Assembly: GCA_963665325.3 (NCBI GenBank)
Contig: OZ224045.1
Span: forward strand, 608,001 to 672,000
Direction of reading: 5' to 3'
Origin: Alphaproteobacteria bacterium
Lineage (GTDB): Bacteria > Pseudomonadota > Alphaproteobacteria > Bin95
DNA length: 64,000 bases
Shown here: piece after piece, positions 27,500 to 38,976 of the stretch
Numbering within the stretch: the stretch's first letter is position 1
How the letters are laid out: every line of letters begins with the position of its first letter
Program-made: the position numbers and the translations under genes
Notes under the pieces: generated by a model
What the model was told of the DNA's origin: nothing
Seen by the model: the letters and a program-made list of their open reading frames with translations, nothing else
Database searches by the model: none

Positions 27500-28453
27500 A
27501 TGCGGATCGCAGTAGCCGGCCTCGGCGCGATGGGCGGCATGATTGCCGCCCTGCTCTCACGCGGCGGCGCGGAGGTATCGGGCCTTGCCCGGGGCGCGAC
27601 CCTAGAGGCGGTCCGGTCGCGCGGCCTGGTCCTGGACTTAAAGGGCGAACGGTACCAGGCGCCGATCACCGTCGATGACGACCCTGCGGCGCTGGGCGTC
27701 CAGGATGCGGTGATTATCGCCGTCAAGGAGCCGGCCCTGGCGGGGCTGGCGCCTTCGCTCGCCCCACTGATCGGTCCGGAGACGGCAATCGTCACCGCGA
27801 TGAACGGGCTGTCCTGGTGGTTCTTTCACGGTGCGGGCGACCGGCGGATCGCCTGCCTGGACCCGGAGGGCCGGATCGAGGCTGCGCTTCCCTCGCACCA
27901 GGCAGTCGGGGCTGTGCTGCACCTCTGGGCGACTGTGCCGGAACCAGGCCGTATCGATGCCGGGCCCGGCGACCGCGTCATTCTTGGCAGCCCCGGCGAG
28001 ACGGACATTTCCCCGTTGGCTGCCGCGTTCGAGGCCGGCGGTTTCCAGGTGCAGCGCTCCGGCGATATCCGCGCGGAAGTCTGGAGCAAGCTGCTCGGCA
28101 ATCTCTCCGGCAACCCCATCAGCGCGGTCACCGGGGCGACGCTCGACCGGATTCTGTCGCCCGACGGCACGCTGGATGTCGCCATGGCGTTGATGGCCGA
28201 AACAACGGCGGTCGGCCGCGCCATCGGCATCGAGCCGGTGATCTCGCTTGAAGCGCGGGTCGAGCTCGGGCGTAGCCTCGGCGCTTTCAAGACCTCCATG
28301 CTTCAGGACTTCGAGAACGGCAAGCCGCCCGAGATCGCCGCATTGATGACATGCGTCAGCGAAATCGGCGCGGCGGAGGGTGTGCCGACGCCGCTGATCG
28401 ACGCGATGGAAGCAGTGGTGACGCTGCGCGCGAAAGCCGCCGGGATCCTCTGA
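27500..28453 (+). CDS. panE: 2-dehydropantoate 2-reductase (ApbA/PanE family)
   Basis: GLGAMGG, WSKLLGN, KTSMLQD. Confidence 0.85.
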   Translation: MRIAVAGLGAMGGMIAALLSRGGAEVSGLARGATLEAVRSRGLVLDLKGERYQAPITVDDDPAALGVQDAVIIAVKEPALAGLAPSLAPLIGPETAIVTAMNGLSWWFFHGAGDRRIACLDPEGRIEAALPSHQAVGAVLHLWATVPEPGRIDAGPGDRVILGSPGETDISPLAAAFEAGGFQVQRSGDIRAEVWSKLLGNLSGNPISAVTGATLDRILSPDGTLDVAMALMAETTAVGRAIGIEPVISLEARVELGRSLGAFKTSMLQDFENGKPPEIAALMTCVSEIGAAEGVPTPLIDAMEAVVTLRAKAAGIL

Positions 28454-28502
28454 ACCCGGAAGTCGCGCGGGACTCGCGATTCCGCCGCTACAATCGCCAT
28501 CC

Positions 28503-29699
28503 ATGTCGCGACCTTCACCAACCGAGCGGCGCGTCCTGATCTGGATGTGCGTGCTGATCGGCGTCAACCAGCTCGGCTTCGGCGCGATCGTGCCGGTGCT
28601 CCCGCTCTATGCGCAGGCTTTCGGCGTCACGGCGTCGGCAGTTGGCATGGCCGTTGCCATATACGGCCTCGCACGATTCCTCATCGCCATGCCCGTCGGG
28701 CGGCTGTCCGACGCGCTCGGGCGCCGGACCGCGCTGGCGCTTGGCGGATTGCTATCGGCGACGGGCAATCTTTGGTGCGCGTGGGCGGCCGATTTTCCCG
28801 AATTCGTTCTCGCGCGATTCGTCGCCGGCGCGGGCGCAGGCGCGGTTATCACAACGGGTCACGTCGTACTCGCCGACATCACCCGGCCTGAATGGCGGGG
28901 CCGCGCCCTCGGCATCTATCAGGGCACATTCATCTTCTCGGTTGGTATCGGTCCCTTTCCCGGGGGATGGCTGGCCGAGACCTGGGGCCTGGACGCGCCC
29001 TTCGTCGCCTGTGGGCTCGCAAGCCTCATTGCCGGCGCCATCGCCTGGTTCGCGGTCGGCGAGACCCGAGACCTCGCAGGCAATGGAAAAGGAAGCGGCC
29101 CCCGCCCCGACTATCTCCGGCAGTTGCGCCTTGTTTTCTCGAACCGCGCGTTTCTGCTGGTGAGCTGGGTTTCCTTCATCAATGCGTTCTCCCGGACAGG
29201 CGGCCTCTTTACCATCGTGCCAATCCTGGGAGCTTCGCGGCTCGGACTGGGAACGACCGAGATCGGCTTCGGAATTGCGCTCGGCGCCGTTCTCGGCCTG
29301 CTTGCCGCCTGGCCGACCGGTGCGGTGACGGACCGGTTCGGCCGCAAGACGGTGATCGTTCCCGCAACCGCGATTTCAGGCGGCGCAATGCTGTTGTTCG
29401 CGCTTGCGCCATCCTATTTCTGGTTCGCGGCAGCCTGTGCGCTCTGGAGCGTCGCAACATCGGTCGGCGGCGCAGCCCCGGCGGCCTATGCGGCGGACAA
29501 CGCGCCTGCCGGGATGAACGCGGCGGCCATGAGCAGCTTCCGCATGCTCGGCGACGCCGGCTATGTGCTCGGGCCGATCCTTCTGGGCGTCGTCGTGGAC
29601 GCCAGCGGCGAGCATGCCGCCCTCTACCTCGCCGCCGGCCTGCTTGTCGTGGCGGCGCTCGCATTTGCGGGTTTCGCCCGCGAAAGCCACCGTTTGTGA
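28503..29699 (+). CDS. MFS transporter (DHA1-like)
   Basis: GRLSDALGRR and GAVTDRFGRK motif A copies. Confidence 0.9.
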   Translation: MSRPSPTERRVLIWMCVLIGVNQLGFGAIVPVLPLYAQAFGVTASAVGMAVAIYGLARFLIAMPVGRLSDALGRRTALALGGLLSATGNLWCAWAADFPEFVLARFVAGAGAGAVITTGHVVLADITRPEWRGRALGIYQGTFIFSVGIGPFPGGWLAETWGLDAPFVACGLASLIAGAIAWFAVGETRDLAGNGKGSGPRPDYLRQLRLVFSNRAFLLVSWVSFINAFSRTGGLFTIVPILGASRLGLGTTEIGFGIALGAVLGLLAAWPTGAVTDRFGRKTVIVPATAISGGAMLLFALAPSYFWFAAACALWSVATSVGGAAPAAYAADNAPAGMNAAAMSSFRMLGDAGYVLGPILLGVVVDASGEHAALYLAAGLLVVAALAFAGFARESHRL

Positions 29700-31225
29700 G
29701 CCCCGCCGAGTCGACCCGCATCAGCGGTCGGCAGTGGCTGATCGTCGTGACGGTGCAGTCCGTCACCCTGCTCTTCGGCATCACGCTCACCAGCGTCACC
29801 GTCATTCTGCCGCAGATGAAAGGGGCGCTGTCGGCGACCCAGGACCAGATTTCCTGGATCCTCACCCTCAACCTCGTCGCGGCGGCCGTTGCCACGCCAC
29901 TGACCGGCTGGCTTGCGGGAAAACTTGGCCAGCGCAACCTTCTGCTCGGCTCGGTGCTCGGTTTCACCGGCGCCTCCGTGTTGTGCGGTTTCGCCACATC
30001 GCTGGAGTCCCTGATCGCGCTCCGCATCGTTCAGGGCGCTTTCGGCGCGCCCATCTTCCCGCTCGGGCAGGCGATCCTGCTCGGCAGCTTCAGCCGGGAG
30101 CAACAACCGTTCGTCGTCATGATGTGGGGCGTCGGCGGCGTGTTCGGACCGATTCTCGGGCCGACTTTCGGCGGCATCGTCGGCGAACTGCTGGACTGGC
30201 GATGGGCCTTCTTCCTGATACTGCCGCTGGGCCTTGCGACCTGCATCCCGATCCTGCTGGCCATCGACCATCGCGAACGCGGCACCGCGCGACGTTTCGA
30301 TGCTGCCGGTTTCGTGATGATCGCGGTCGCCATCGGCGCGACGCAGCTCTTCTTCGACCGCGGCCAGCGCAACGACTGGTTCGACTCGCTGGAGATCGTC
30401 GTCCAGGCCGTGCTGGCGGCAGCGGGCTTCTATCTCTTCCTGGTCCATAGCTGGCTTGCACGCGCTCCGCTGTTCGCACCTGCCGCCTTCACGGATCGCA
30501 ACTTCGTGCTTGGGCTCTTCTTCGCCTTCGCCATGGGCATGCTGCAATTCACGCCCATGGTCCTGTTTCCGCCGCTGCTGCAGGAGTTGCGCGGCTATCC
30601 GGAAGCGGTCGTCGGCTACCTGATCGCAACGCGCGGCGTCGGTAACCTGCTGAGTTTCCTCGTCGTCGCGCAGTTTACCCGCCGTTCGCCGCGCCTCTGC
30701 CTCGCGACCGGCATGGTCATCCAGGCCTGTGCCGGGGTCTGGATGGGATCGCTCGACATCAATCTCCGGAGCGAGGACGTGTTCTGGTCGAACCTGATGC
30801 ACGGCTTCGGCTTCGGCCTCTCCTATACGCCGCTCGCGATTCTGACCTTCTCCACCCTGCCACCGGCCTATCTGACGCAGGGGAATGCAGTGTTCAGCCT
30901 CCTGCGGATGCTGGGCAGCAGCATCTTCATCTCGCTGACCCTGCTGCTGTTCGTGCACACGGCCGCCGAGACGAGAGTCGCCCTGACGAGTCTGGTCAGC
31001 ATTTTCGACTTCGGCCTCGGCGCCCCCTGGCTCGCGCCGTTTGCCGACGCGGACGGAGCTGCCAATGTCGGCCGGCTCGACCGTGCCCTCTATCTCCAGT
31101 CCAGCATGGTCGGATATCTCAACACCTTCCACCTGCTGACCCTGGTGCCGCTTGTCGCTGCGCCGCTCGCATTCCTGTTCGCATCCCGGCGCGCCAATGC
31201 GATTGCCGCAAGCAACCAGTCTTGA
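29696..31225 (+). CDS. DHA2 (EmrB/QacA) MFS efflux transporter
   Basis: GTGA overlap with upstream stop; DQISW, RIVQG, GPILGPTFGG, WRWAF. Confidence 0.9.
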   Translation: MSPAESTRISGRQWLIVVTVQSVTLLFGITLTSVTVILPQMKGALSATQDQISWILTLNLVAAAVATPLTGWLAGKLGQRNLLLGSVLGFTGASVLCGFATSLESLIALRIVQGAFGAPIFPLGQAILLGSFSREQQPFVVMMWGVGGVFGPILGPTFGGIVGELLDWRWAFFLILPLGLATCIPILLAIDHRERGTARRFDAAGFVMIAVAIGATQLFFDRGQRNDWFDSLEIVVQAVLAAAGFYLFLVHSWLARAPLFAPAAFTDRNFVLGLFFAFAMGMLQFTPMVLFPPLLQELRGYPEAVVGYLIATRGVGNLLSFLVVAQFTRRSPRLCLATGMVIQACAGVWMGSLDINLRSEDVFWSNLMHGFGFGLSYTPLAILTFSTLPPAYLTQGNAVFSLLRMLGSSIFISLTLLLFVHTAAETRVALTSLVSIFDFGLGAPWLAPFADADGAANVGRLDRALYLQSSMVGYLNTFHLLTLVPLVAAPLAFLFASRRANAIAASNQS

Positions 31226-31264
31226 TAGACCCCGCAAGCCCTTCATTCCGGAGCCTAGAATTCC

Positions 31265-33430
31265 ATGGTCGAACGAGTGCGAGTCGGACAAAGCCAGGTC
31301 GCCGCCGAGCTGTACGCATTTGTCGAAAACGAGGTTCTGCCGGGTCTCGCCCTTGCGAGCGATGCCTTCTGGCGGGACTTCGATGCGCTGCTGCACGATC
31401 TTGCGCCCGTCAACCGGGACCTGCTCGCCAGCCGCAAGGCGCTGCAGGCGGAAATCGACGCCTGGCACAAGGCCCGGCGCGGCCAGCCCATCGACGCCGA
31501 CGCCTACCGGGCCTTTCTCGCCGAGATCGGCTACCTGGTGCCCGAGGGGCCCGATTTCAGCATAGAGACCTCGCATATCGACGAGGAAATCGCCCGCATG
31601 GCCGGCCCGCAGCTCGTCGTGCCGGTGACCAATGCCCGCTATGCCCTGAATGCGGCCAATGCCCGCTGGGGCAGCCTCTACGACGCGCTTTACGGCACCG
31701 ACGCGATCCCGGAGGACGGCGGCGCAACCCGGGCCGGCGGCTACAACCCGGTGCGCGGCGACAAGGTCATCGCCTGGACCCGCGCCTTCCTGGACGAAGC
31801 GGCGCCGCTCGCCGCCGGCTCGCACAGCGATGTCCTCGCCTACCGGGTAGAGGGGAATGCCCTTGCGGCGGACCTGCCCAATGACGCCGTCGGCCTTGTC
31901 GATCCGGGCCTGTTCGTTGGCTACCGAGGCGACAAAGCGAAGCCCGAGGCGGTGCTGCTCCGGCACAACGGACTGCATATCGAGATTACGATCGACCGCG
32001 GCCACCCGGTGGGGCGCACCGACAAGGCCGGCGTTTCGGACGTGCTGCTGGAGTCGGCCGTCACCACCATCGTGGACTGCGAGGATTCGATCGCCGCTGT
32101 CGATGCCGAGGACAAGGTTCTCGCCTACCGGAACTGGCTCGGCCTTATCAAGGGCGACCTTGCCGCCAGCTTCGACAAGGAAGGCGGAGCGGTCGAGCGC
32201 CGTCTCAACCCGGACCGCCGCTATACCGGTCCCGACGGAGGCGAGGTCGTGCTGTCCGGACGGTCGCTCATGCTCTGCCGCAATGTCGGCCACCTTATGA
32301 CCAACCCGGCGGTGCTGGACGGCGAGGGCCGGGAAGCGCCGGAGGGCATTCTCGACGCCGTCTTCACCTGCCTGATCGGCCTGCACGATCTCAAGGGCAA
32401 CGGTGCGCTCGGCAACAGCCGGGCCGGTTCGATCTACATCGTCAAGCCGAAGATGCACGGGCCGGAGGAAGTCGCGTTCGCGGACACGCTCTTCGCCCGT
32501 GTCGAGGACATGCTGGGCCTGGAACGCTACCGCATCAAGATCGGCATCATGGACGAGGAACGGCGGACTACCGTCAACCTCAAGGAGTGCATCCGCGCGG
32601 CGCGGCGCAGGGTCGCCTTTATCAATACGGGATTCCTCGACCGGACCGGCGACGAGATCCACACCTCGATGGAAGCGGGCCCGATGATCCGCAAGGCGGA
32701 CATGAAGGCCGCGCCCTGGCTGCGAACCTACGAGGACTGGAATGTCGATACCGGTATTGCCTGCGGCCTGCGCGGCCGGGCCCAGATCGGCAAGGGCATG
32801 TGGGCGATGCCGGACCTGATGGCGGACATGCTGGAGCAGAAGATCGGCCACCCGATGGCCGGCGCCGACACCGCCTGGGTGCCCTCGCCCACCGCGGCGA
32901 CGCTGCATGCAACGCACTACCACCGCGTCCGGGTCGAGGACCGCCAGGAAGCGGTCGCCGGCCGCGCGCGAGCCAGCCTCGGCGATATCCTGTCGATCCC
33001 GGTGGCGCCGCGCCCCAACTGGTCGCCGGAAGACATCCGCGCCGAACTGGAGAACAATGCCCAGGGCATACTCGGCTATGTCGTGCGCTGGGTGGACCAG
33101 GGCATCGGTTGCTCGAAGGTGCCGGACATCGACGATATCGGCCTGATGGAGGACCGCGCCACCTGCCGCATCTCCAGCCAGCACATGGCCAACTGGCTGC
33201 ATCACGGCGTCTGCACCGAGGACGAGGTACAGGCGGTCATGCGCAAGATGGCGGCGGTGGTGGACCGGCAGAACGCCGGCGATCCTGCCTATACGCCGAT
33301 GGCTCCCGCCTTCGACGGCCCCGCCTTCAATGCCGCTTGCGACCTCGTCTTCCAGGGCCGGGAACAGCCTTCGGGCTACACCGAGCCGGTACTCCACCGC
33401 CGTCGCGCCGAAGCCAAGCAGGTCGGCTGA
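31265..33430 (+). CDS. glcB: Malate synthase G
   Basis: [54 protein letters not shown]. Confidence 0.98.
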   Translation: MVERVRVGQSQVAAELYAFVENEVLPGLALASDAFWRDFDALLHDLAPVNRDLLASRKALQAEIDAWHKARRGQPIDADAYRAFLAEIGYLVPEGPDFSIETSHIDEEIARMAGPQLVVPVTNARYALNAANARWGSLYDALYGTDAIPEDGGATRAGGYNPVRGDKVIAWTRAFLDEAAPLAAGSHSDVLAYRVEGNALAADLPNDAVGLVDPGLFVGYRGDKAKPEAVLLRHNGLHIEITIDRGHPVGRTDKAGVSDVLLESAVTTIVDCEDSIAAVDAEDKVLAYRNWLGLIKGDLAASFDKEGGAVERRLNPDRRYTGPDGGEVVLSGRSLMLCRNVGHLMTNPAVLDGEGREAPEGILDAVFTCLIGLHDLKGNGALGNSRAGSIYIVKPKMHGPEEVAFADTLFARVEDMLGLERYRIKIGIMDEERRTTVNLKECIRAARRRVAFINTGFLDRTGDEIHTSMEAGPMIRKADMKAAPWLRTYEDWNVDTGIACGLRGRAQIGKGMWAMPDLMADMLEQKIGHPMAGADTAWVPSPTAATLHATHYHRVRVEDRQEAVAGRARASLGDILSIPVAPRPNWSPEDIRAELENNAQGILGYVVRWVDQGIGCSKVPDIDDIGLMEDRATCRISSQHMANWLHHGVCTEDEVQAVMRKMAAVVDRQNAGDPAYTPMAPAFDGPAFNAACDLVFQGREQPSGYTEPVLHRRRAEAKQVG

Positions 33431-33486
33431 CGGCGCGGCACAGGCTCGGGATCGGGTTGGGGGCCTGGCGTGTCCGACGCCGGGCC

Positions 33487-34437
33487 TTACATTTCCCGTC
33501 CCAGAGCGAGAAAGCGTTCGCGGCGGGCTCGGCGCAGTGCGCTGCCTTCGATACCGTCGAGATCGCGGAAGGCTTCGTCCAGGGCCTCGCCGAGTGAGGC
33601 AATCGCCGCTTCGGGGTTGCGGTGCGCCCCGCCCAGCGGTTCCTCGACAACGCGGTCTATGACGCCCAGCCCCAGCAAGTCCGTCGCCGTCAGCTTGAGC
33701 GCCTCGGCCGCTTCGGGGCCGTGCTCGCTGCTGCGCCAGAGGATCGAGGCGCAACCCTCGGGAGAAATCACCGAATAGATCGCGTGCTCCATCATCAACA
33801 CGCGGTCGGCGGACGCCAGAGCCACGGCTCCCCCGGAGCCGCCCTCACCAATTACGGATGCGATATAGGGTACGCGCAGTTCCAGGCCGATCTCGATGCA
33901 ACGCGCGATCGCCTCCGCCTGGCCCCGTTCCTCGGCCTCGACGCCGGGATAGGCGCCAGGCGTGTCCACGAAGGTCAACACAGGAATGTCGAACCGGTCG
34001 GCAAGGCGCATCAGGCGTTGCGCCTTGCGGTAGCCTTCGGGATGCGCCATGCCGAAATTATGCCGGCGGCGCGATTCGAGATCGGCGCCCTTTTCCTGCC
34101 CCAGCACCAGGACCGACCGGCCCCGGAATCTTCCGAGGCCGCCGATCACCGCCGCGTCGTCGCGAAACGCCCGGTCGCCCGAGAGCGGAAGGAATTCGTC
34201 GATCAGCTCTTTAACGAAATGCGTCAGGCGCGGTCGCCCCGGATGGCGGGCCACCTGGACGCGCTGCCAGGGCGACAGCTTCGAGTAGGTCTGGACCAGC
34301 AGCTTTTCCGCCTTGGAGCGCAACTCCGCGATTTCCTCGGCGATGTTGAGGTCATCATTGCCGCTCAACTGGTTCAGCTCGTCGATCTTGGCTTCGAGCT
34401 CCAGAACCGGCCGTTCGAACTCCAGGGGCACCAGCAT
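33487..34437 (-). CDS. accA: Acetyl-CoA carboxylase carboxyltransferase alpha subunit
   Basis: ARHPGRP, PEGYRKA, DTPGAYPG, GEGGSGGA, YSVISPEGCASIL. Confidence 0.97.
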   Translation of the reverse strand: MLVPLEFERPVLELEAKIDELNQLSGNDDLNIAEEIAELRSKAEKLLVQTYSKLSPWQRVQVARHPGRPRLTHFVKELIDEFLPLSGDRAFRDDAAVIGGLGRFRGRSVLVLGQEKGADLESRRRHNFGMAHPEGYRKAQRLMRLADRFDIPVLTFVDTPGAYPGVEAEERGQAEAIARCIEIGLELRVPYIASVIGEGGSGGAVALASADRVLMMEHAIYSVISPEGCASILWRSSEHGPEAAEALKLTATDLLGLGVIDRVVEEPLGGAHRNPEAAIASLGEALDEAFRDLDGIEGSALRRARRERFLALGREM

Positions 34438-35339
34438 CAGGAATCGCTCCTCGACGCGAGCGGATGATGATCGAAGACGGCGCGCCGCAACTGCTCCTCC
34501 ACGACGTGGGTATAGATCTGTGTCGTCGCAATATCGGCGTGGCCGAGCAATTGCTGAAGACTCCGCAAATCGGCCCCGCCTTCGAGCAGATGCGAGGCGA
34601 AAGCGTGGCGCATGACATGCGGCGACACCCGGGCGGGGTCCAGTCCCGCGCGAACCGCCAGTTCGTCGAGCAGCTGGCCGACCCGGCGCCGCGTCAGGTG
34701 GCCCTCCTTGCTGCGGGACGGGAACAGCCAGCGCGAGCGACGCCCGCCGACAAGATAATGATTACGCGCAGCGGTCCAAGCGTCGATGGAGGCGCGCGCA
34801 TGGTCGCCGAGCGGGACGACTCGCTCGCGACCGCCCTTGCCCCGTACCGTCAACCAGCCGCGTCCGGGCGGCACGTCGGACATGACGAGGCCGACAAGCT
34901 CCGAGACGCGCAGCCCAGCCCCGTAGAGCAGTTCCACGATGCAGCCGAGCCTGAGGCGCGCCGGCCCGTCATAGCTTTCGATGGCCTCGATGATTGCGCC
35001 CAATTCCTCGATGCCGAGATGGCGCGGCAAGGGCCGGCCGATCTTGGGCGCATCTAGCCGGTCTGCGGGATTGTCGCCGCGATAGCCCTCCGCCGTGCAG
35101 AACAGGAAAAACTGGCGCAGCGCCGAACGACGCCGCGACACGGTCCGGGGCGACCGGCCGGCCCTGAGCAGGCCGGCCAGGTAGCTTCTAAGGTCCGCTT
35201 CCCCGGCTGTCTCCAGGCCGCCGCCGAGTGTGGCCTGTGCGTCTTCGAGGTCGCGGCGATAGGCAGAGACCGTGTTGGCGGCAGCCCCGCGCTCTACCAC
35301 AAGCGCCTCCAGAAAGGCGTCGAGCGCGCATACGGTCAC
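34437..35339 (-). CDS. xerD: Site-specific tyrosine recombinase XerD
   Basis: NTVSAYRRDL, GLRVSEL, GKGGRER, SPHVMRHAFASHLL, LGHADIATTQIYTH; upstream of accA. Confidence 0.92.
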   Translation of the reverse strand: MTVCALDAFLEALVVERGAAANTVSAYRRDLEDAQATLGGGLETAGEADLRSYLAGLLRAGRSPRTVSRRRSALRQFFLFCTAEGYRGDNPADRLDAPKIGRPLPRHLGIEELGAIIEAIESYDGPARLRLGCIVELLYGAGLRVSELVGLVMSDVPPGRGWLTVRGKGGRERVVPLGDHARASIDAWTAARNHYLVGGRRSRWLFPSRSKEGHLTRRRVGQLLDELAVRAGLDPARVSPHVMRHAFASHLLEGGADLRSLQQLLGHADIATTQIYTHVVEEQLRRAVFDHHPLASRSDS

Positions 35340-37033
35340 TGTGCCGCCTCGACGAGGCTTTCGAACGCGTAGGCCCGCGCCTCTGCCGCCAGTCCGACGG
35401 CCGCCAGGGCCCGCACAATGGCAGTCGCGGTCGGCAGATCGGCCCGAGGCCGGCCGCCGGAAGCTATGACGGCATAAAGCACAGCTTCGCCGATCCGGCC
35501 GCCTCTGCCGGCGGCGTCAAGCCCGCGCCATACCACCGGTGCGGGAAATTCGCCCTCTACGCCTTCGAGATCGGTCAACAGGGCGTTCCAGTCGTCCGGC
35601 CGCACGGGCTCGCCCACCGCCTCCATCAGCGCAAACACCGTGACGGCGCGGGGATAGGGAGGCTCGCCACCGCCCGCCTCCAACCAGCGTCTGAGACCGT
35701 CCTCCGCCCACGATACGGTATCGCCGGCGTCGGCGAGTTTCATCAGCGGCCAGGCGAGAACCGCGGGCTTGCTGTCCGCTTCGAGGGTCTCTCCCCGTTT
35801 CACCGCGGCGACATACCAGCGCTCCGCAATATCGAGGCGTCCCGCCGCAAGCGCGGCAAGGACGGTCGTCACCGTATGCGGCGCCAGTTCGGATGACGGA
35901 ATCACCGGCCCGACATAGTCGACGGTCGCGGCCGCCACGGGCGCCAACAGCCCCGCCGAGAGCGCATCCTCCCAGAGCAGCACCAGCGCTTCCATCTTCT
36001 TCTGCGTGTCCGTCGCCTCGACCGCATCGCGCGCGAGCAAAGCACGGGGATGTCCGGCGTCGGCGGCCCGGAGATACCGGGCAAGCAGAGCTTTCGGTGC
36101 GATCAGGCCGTTCCGGGCGGCTTCCTCCGCATCTGCTTCCGTGCGGACGAGGCTCGCACGCGCACGCACAGCCACAGGGTCGTTGCGGAGGCTCCATACC
36201 TCCGGCGGCGCTTCATCGAGCCAGGCCAACATCGCCACATTAAGCGGAGTGATCGGGCCGTCGTCGGGCAGCGCGGGCGCACTGTCGCCTGTTGCACCCA
36301 TCGCACGCAGCATCAAGCCCTCGAACAGCGGGTCGCCGTCCGCATCCACTTCGCGGAGAATGTCCAGAATGAGCCGCGCCCGGTCCAGATTACCCGCCCT
36401 AGCGGCGCAAAATGCGGCCGCGCGCTGAACATAGGTTGCGGGCGCGCGCGCCATTTCCGCGTCCGCCGCAGTGCAGGCGGCATCCAGGTCGCCCGACGCC
36501 AGTGCCGGATCGACCGGCTCGGATCGGGCCATGGCAGGAGGCGCCTCAAGGCCGGCCGCTCCGGCCAGCAGCGACGCCTCCCGGTCGCGGCCCAGATTCC
36601 GTAATTGACGCACCCGCAATGGCGCGAGGCGCGGCCCCTCGCCCTCCGGCGGCGCCGCACCGGCTGCCAGAACCCGGAACAGAACGCCCCGCAGCACCGG
36701 CGACGCAACGGTTTGCGGCAACCCTTCGAGCAGGCGGGCGACCGCCTCTTTCGAACTCCCGCGCCATAGCGGCAGGCCGAATCCGCCCTCAAAGCCCGGC
36801 AGGCCGGCCGAGTCGGGGTCGCTCGGCTCGGCCGGCGCGCTCAGGACCGTTTGCGGCGCCAGCGTTTCCGGTTGCTGCGGCTGGCGCTCCGGCTCCGGAC
36901 TCGTCTCCGCCGCGGACGGGGGAGCAGCCGGGATGAGCCGGATCGGCGCGCGCTTCTCGGCGGCCCCGGCCGCTGCGGCCACAAAAACGGCAGCGAGCCC
37001 GCAAATCAGGGCCCTAGCGAGGGAAACGGTCAT
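35336..37033 (-). CDS. Conserved exported alpha-helical protein upstream of xerD
   Basis: Signal-peptide-like N-terminus, Pro-rich linker, GFGLPLWRGS, C-terminal GLAAEARAYAFE; GTGA overlap with xerD. Confidence 0.75.
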   Translation of the reverse strand: MTVSLARALICGLAAVFVAAAAGAAEKRAPIRLIPAAPPSAAETSPEPERQPQQPETLAPQTVLSAPAEPSDPDSAGLPGFEGGFGLPLWRGSSKEAVARLLEGLPQTVASPVLRGVLFRVLAAGAAPPEGEGPRLAPLRVRQLRNLGRDREASLLAGAAGLEAPPAMARSEPVDPALASGDLDAACTAADAEMARAPATYVQRAAAFCAARAGNLDRARLILDILREVDADGDPLFEGLMLRAMGATGDSAPALPDDGPITPLNVAMLAWLDEAPPEVWSLRNDPVAVRARASLVRTEADAEEAARNGLIAPKALLARYLRAADAGHPRALLARDAVEATDTQKKMEALVLLWEDALSAGLLAPVAAATVDYVGPVIPSSELAPHTVTTVLAALAAGRLDIAERWYVAAVKRGETLEADSKPAVLAWPLMKLADAGDTVSWAEDGLRRWLEAGGGEPPYPRAVTVFALMEAVGEPVRPDDWNALLTDLEGVEGEFPAPVVWRGLDAAGRGGRIGEAVLYAVIASGGRPRADLPTATAIVRALAAVGLAAEARAYAFESLVEAAQ

Positions 37034-37163
37034 CCGGCAACACTTTCTCCACCGCCGCTTCAGGCGGAGGCGATTCGACGAAACCGAAATACAGCAACCC
37101 GGCCACCACCGCCGCGCCAAGAAGCCCGACCAACACGTTCAGGACCAGTCTGCGAGCGTCCAT
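37014..37163 (-). CDS. Small single-TM protein (49 aa, MDARRLVLNVLVGLLG...VEKVLPDDRFPR), absent from the ORF track
   Basis: Read by hand; GAGGAAGG RBS; overlaps the start of the downstream gene. Confidence 0.65.
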   Translation of the reverse strand: MDARRLVLNVLVGLLGAAVVAGLLYFGFVESPPPEAAVEKVLPDDRFPR

Positions 37164-37312
37164 AGCCCTTCCTCGATTTCGCCTTCCGGGGTGGCGGTCC
37201 GGCGCTCATTCCCGATAATGCGATTCTAGCGAAAGTCGTTCAAAGGCGCGAATGCGGCAAAATCGAGGCTTTGCTTCCTGCCACGCGCGCCCATATCCCG
37301 GGAATGCCCCGT

Positions 37313-37864
37313 ATGAGCTTCAACAGAACTGTCGCACTGATCGGCATGATGGGCGCCGGCAAGACCAAGGTCGGCCGCTTGCTGGCGCAACGCCAGGGTC
37401 TGAAATTCATCGACGCCGACACCGAAATCCAGGAAGCGGCCGGCTGTTCCATCGAGGACATTTTCGAGACGCAGGGCGAGGCTGCCTTCCGCGAGGGCGA
37501 GCGCAAGGTTATCGCACGGCTGTTAGACGGGCCGGTGCATGTGCTCGCCACCGGCGGCGGCGCCTTCCAGAACCCCTCGACGCGTGCCGTCATCGGCAAG
37601 CGCGCGGTTTCGGTTTGGCTGAAGGCGGATTTCGATGTGCTCTGGGAGCGCGTGTCGCGGCGGGCCAACCGTCCGATGCTCAAGACGCCTGATCCCCGGC
37701 GCACCCTCGCCGACCTGATCGAGAAACGCTATCCGGTCTATGCACTCGCCGACCTGACGGTAGTCAGCGAGGGAGGGCCGGTCGAAGAGACCGTTGCGCG
37801 GGTGGAAGACGCACTGCAGGGCGCGGGCTATCTGGCAGCCGAGCGCGCGAGGGCCGGCCGATGA
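37313..37864 (+). CDS. aroK: Shikimate kinase
   Basis: GMMGAGKT P-loop, GEAAFRE, ATGGG, RPML. Confidence 0.96.
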   Translation: MSFNRTVALIGMMGAGKTKVGRLLAQRQGLKFIDADTEIQEAAGCSIEDIFETQGEAAFREGERKVIARLLDGPVHVLATGGGAFQNPSTRAVIGKRAVSVWLKADFDVLWERVSRRANRPMLKTPDPRRTLADLIEKRYPVYALADLTVVSEGGPVEETVARVEDALQGAGYLAAERARAGR

Positions 37865-38976
37865 ACCCGGCACGGAAGATAGAGGTCGGGCTCGGCGACC
37901 GCAGCTACGACATTTTCGCCGGGCCGGGTTTGATGGAGCGCGCTGGAGACTATCTGCTGCCGGTGCTCAAACGCCGCCATGTGGCGGTTGTCACGGACGA
38001 GAATGTCGCCGCGCACCATCTTGCGCGGCTGACGGCCGGGCTGGACGCTGCGAACATTTCCTTTGCACCCGTCGTGCTGCCGCCCGGCGAGGCAACCAAA
38101 TCCTTCGGCCACCTGGAAGATCTGCTGAACCGCCTGCTGGACGCCGGCCTCGACCGGGGCGGCTGCATCGTCGCGCTCGGCGGCGGCGTGGTGGGTGACC
38201 TTGCGGGCTTCGCGGCTGCCATCCTGCTGCGCGGCATCGACTATGTGCAGATACCGACCACCCTGCTCGCGCAGGTGGACAGCGCCGTCGGCGGCAAGAC
38301 CGCCATAGACACGCCGCAGGGCAAGAATCTGGTCGGCGCCTTCCATCAGCCGCGCCTCGTGCTCGCCGACACGACATCGCTCGCCACCCTGCCCGACCGC
38401 GAACTTCGGGCGGGTTACGCGGAGATCGTGAAATACGGTTTGATCGACCGTCCCGACTTTTTCGGGTGGCTGGAGGACAACGGCGCACGCGTGCTCGCCC
38501 GCGAGGACGACGCGCTCGCCTACGCCATTGCCGTCAGCTGCGAGGCCAAGGCCGATGTCGTGGCGGCAGACGAGCGCGAGGTCGGCCGCCGCGCCCTGCT
38601 CAATCTGGGTCACACCTTCGGGCACGCCTTCGAGGCGGAAGCCGGGTTCGGCGATGCGCTGCTCCACGGCGAGGCCGTGTCGCTCGGCATGGTGCTGGCA
38701 TTCCGTATGTCGGTCCGGCTCGGGCTCTGCCCGGAGGAGGATTTGGCGAGGATGCGGTCGCATCTCGCGGGCGCAGACCTGCCCGTGGACCCGCCCGGCG
38801 CCAACGCCTCCCTGGGCCGCCGCGACGCGCTGATCGAACGGATGCGCCGCGACAAGAAGGCCGAAGCAGGACGTATCGTGCTTGTGCTGGCCCGCGGTAT
38901 CGGCCGCGCCTTCGTCCACCGCGAAGTCGGGGAGGACGTGCTGGCCGCCCTGCTCGACGAGGCGCTTGCGCCATGA
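37861..38976 (+). CDS. aroB: 3-dehydroquinate synthase
   Basis: [37 protein letters not shown]. Confidence 0.97.
   Translation: MNPARKIEVGLGDRSYDIFAGPGLMERAGDYLLPVLKRRHVAVVTDENVAAHHLARLTAGLDAANISFAPVVLPPGEATKSFGHLEDLLNRLLDAGLDRGGCIVALGGGVVGDLAGFAAAILLRGIDYVQIPTTLLAQVDSAVGGKTAIDTPQGKNLVGAFHQPRLVLADTTSLATLPDRELRAGYAEIVKYGLIDRPDFFGWLEDNGARVLAREDDALAYAIAVSCEAKADVVAADEREVGRRALLNLGHTFGHAFEAEAGFGDALLHGEAVSLGMVLAFRMSVRLGLCPEEDLARMRSHLAGADLPVDPPGANASLGRRDALIERMRRDKKAEAGRIVLVLARGIGRAFVHREVGEDVLAALLDEALAP

Noticed and set aside
34437-35339. xerD as part of a mobile element
   Set aside because: Housekeeping context (accA, aroK/aroB) and no arm-binding domain.
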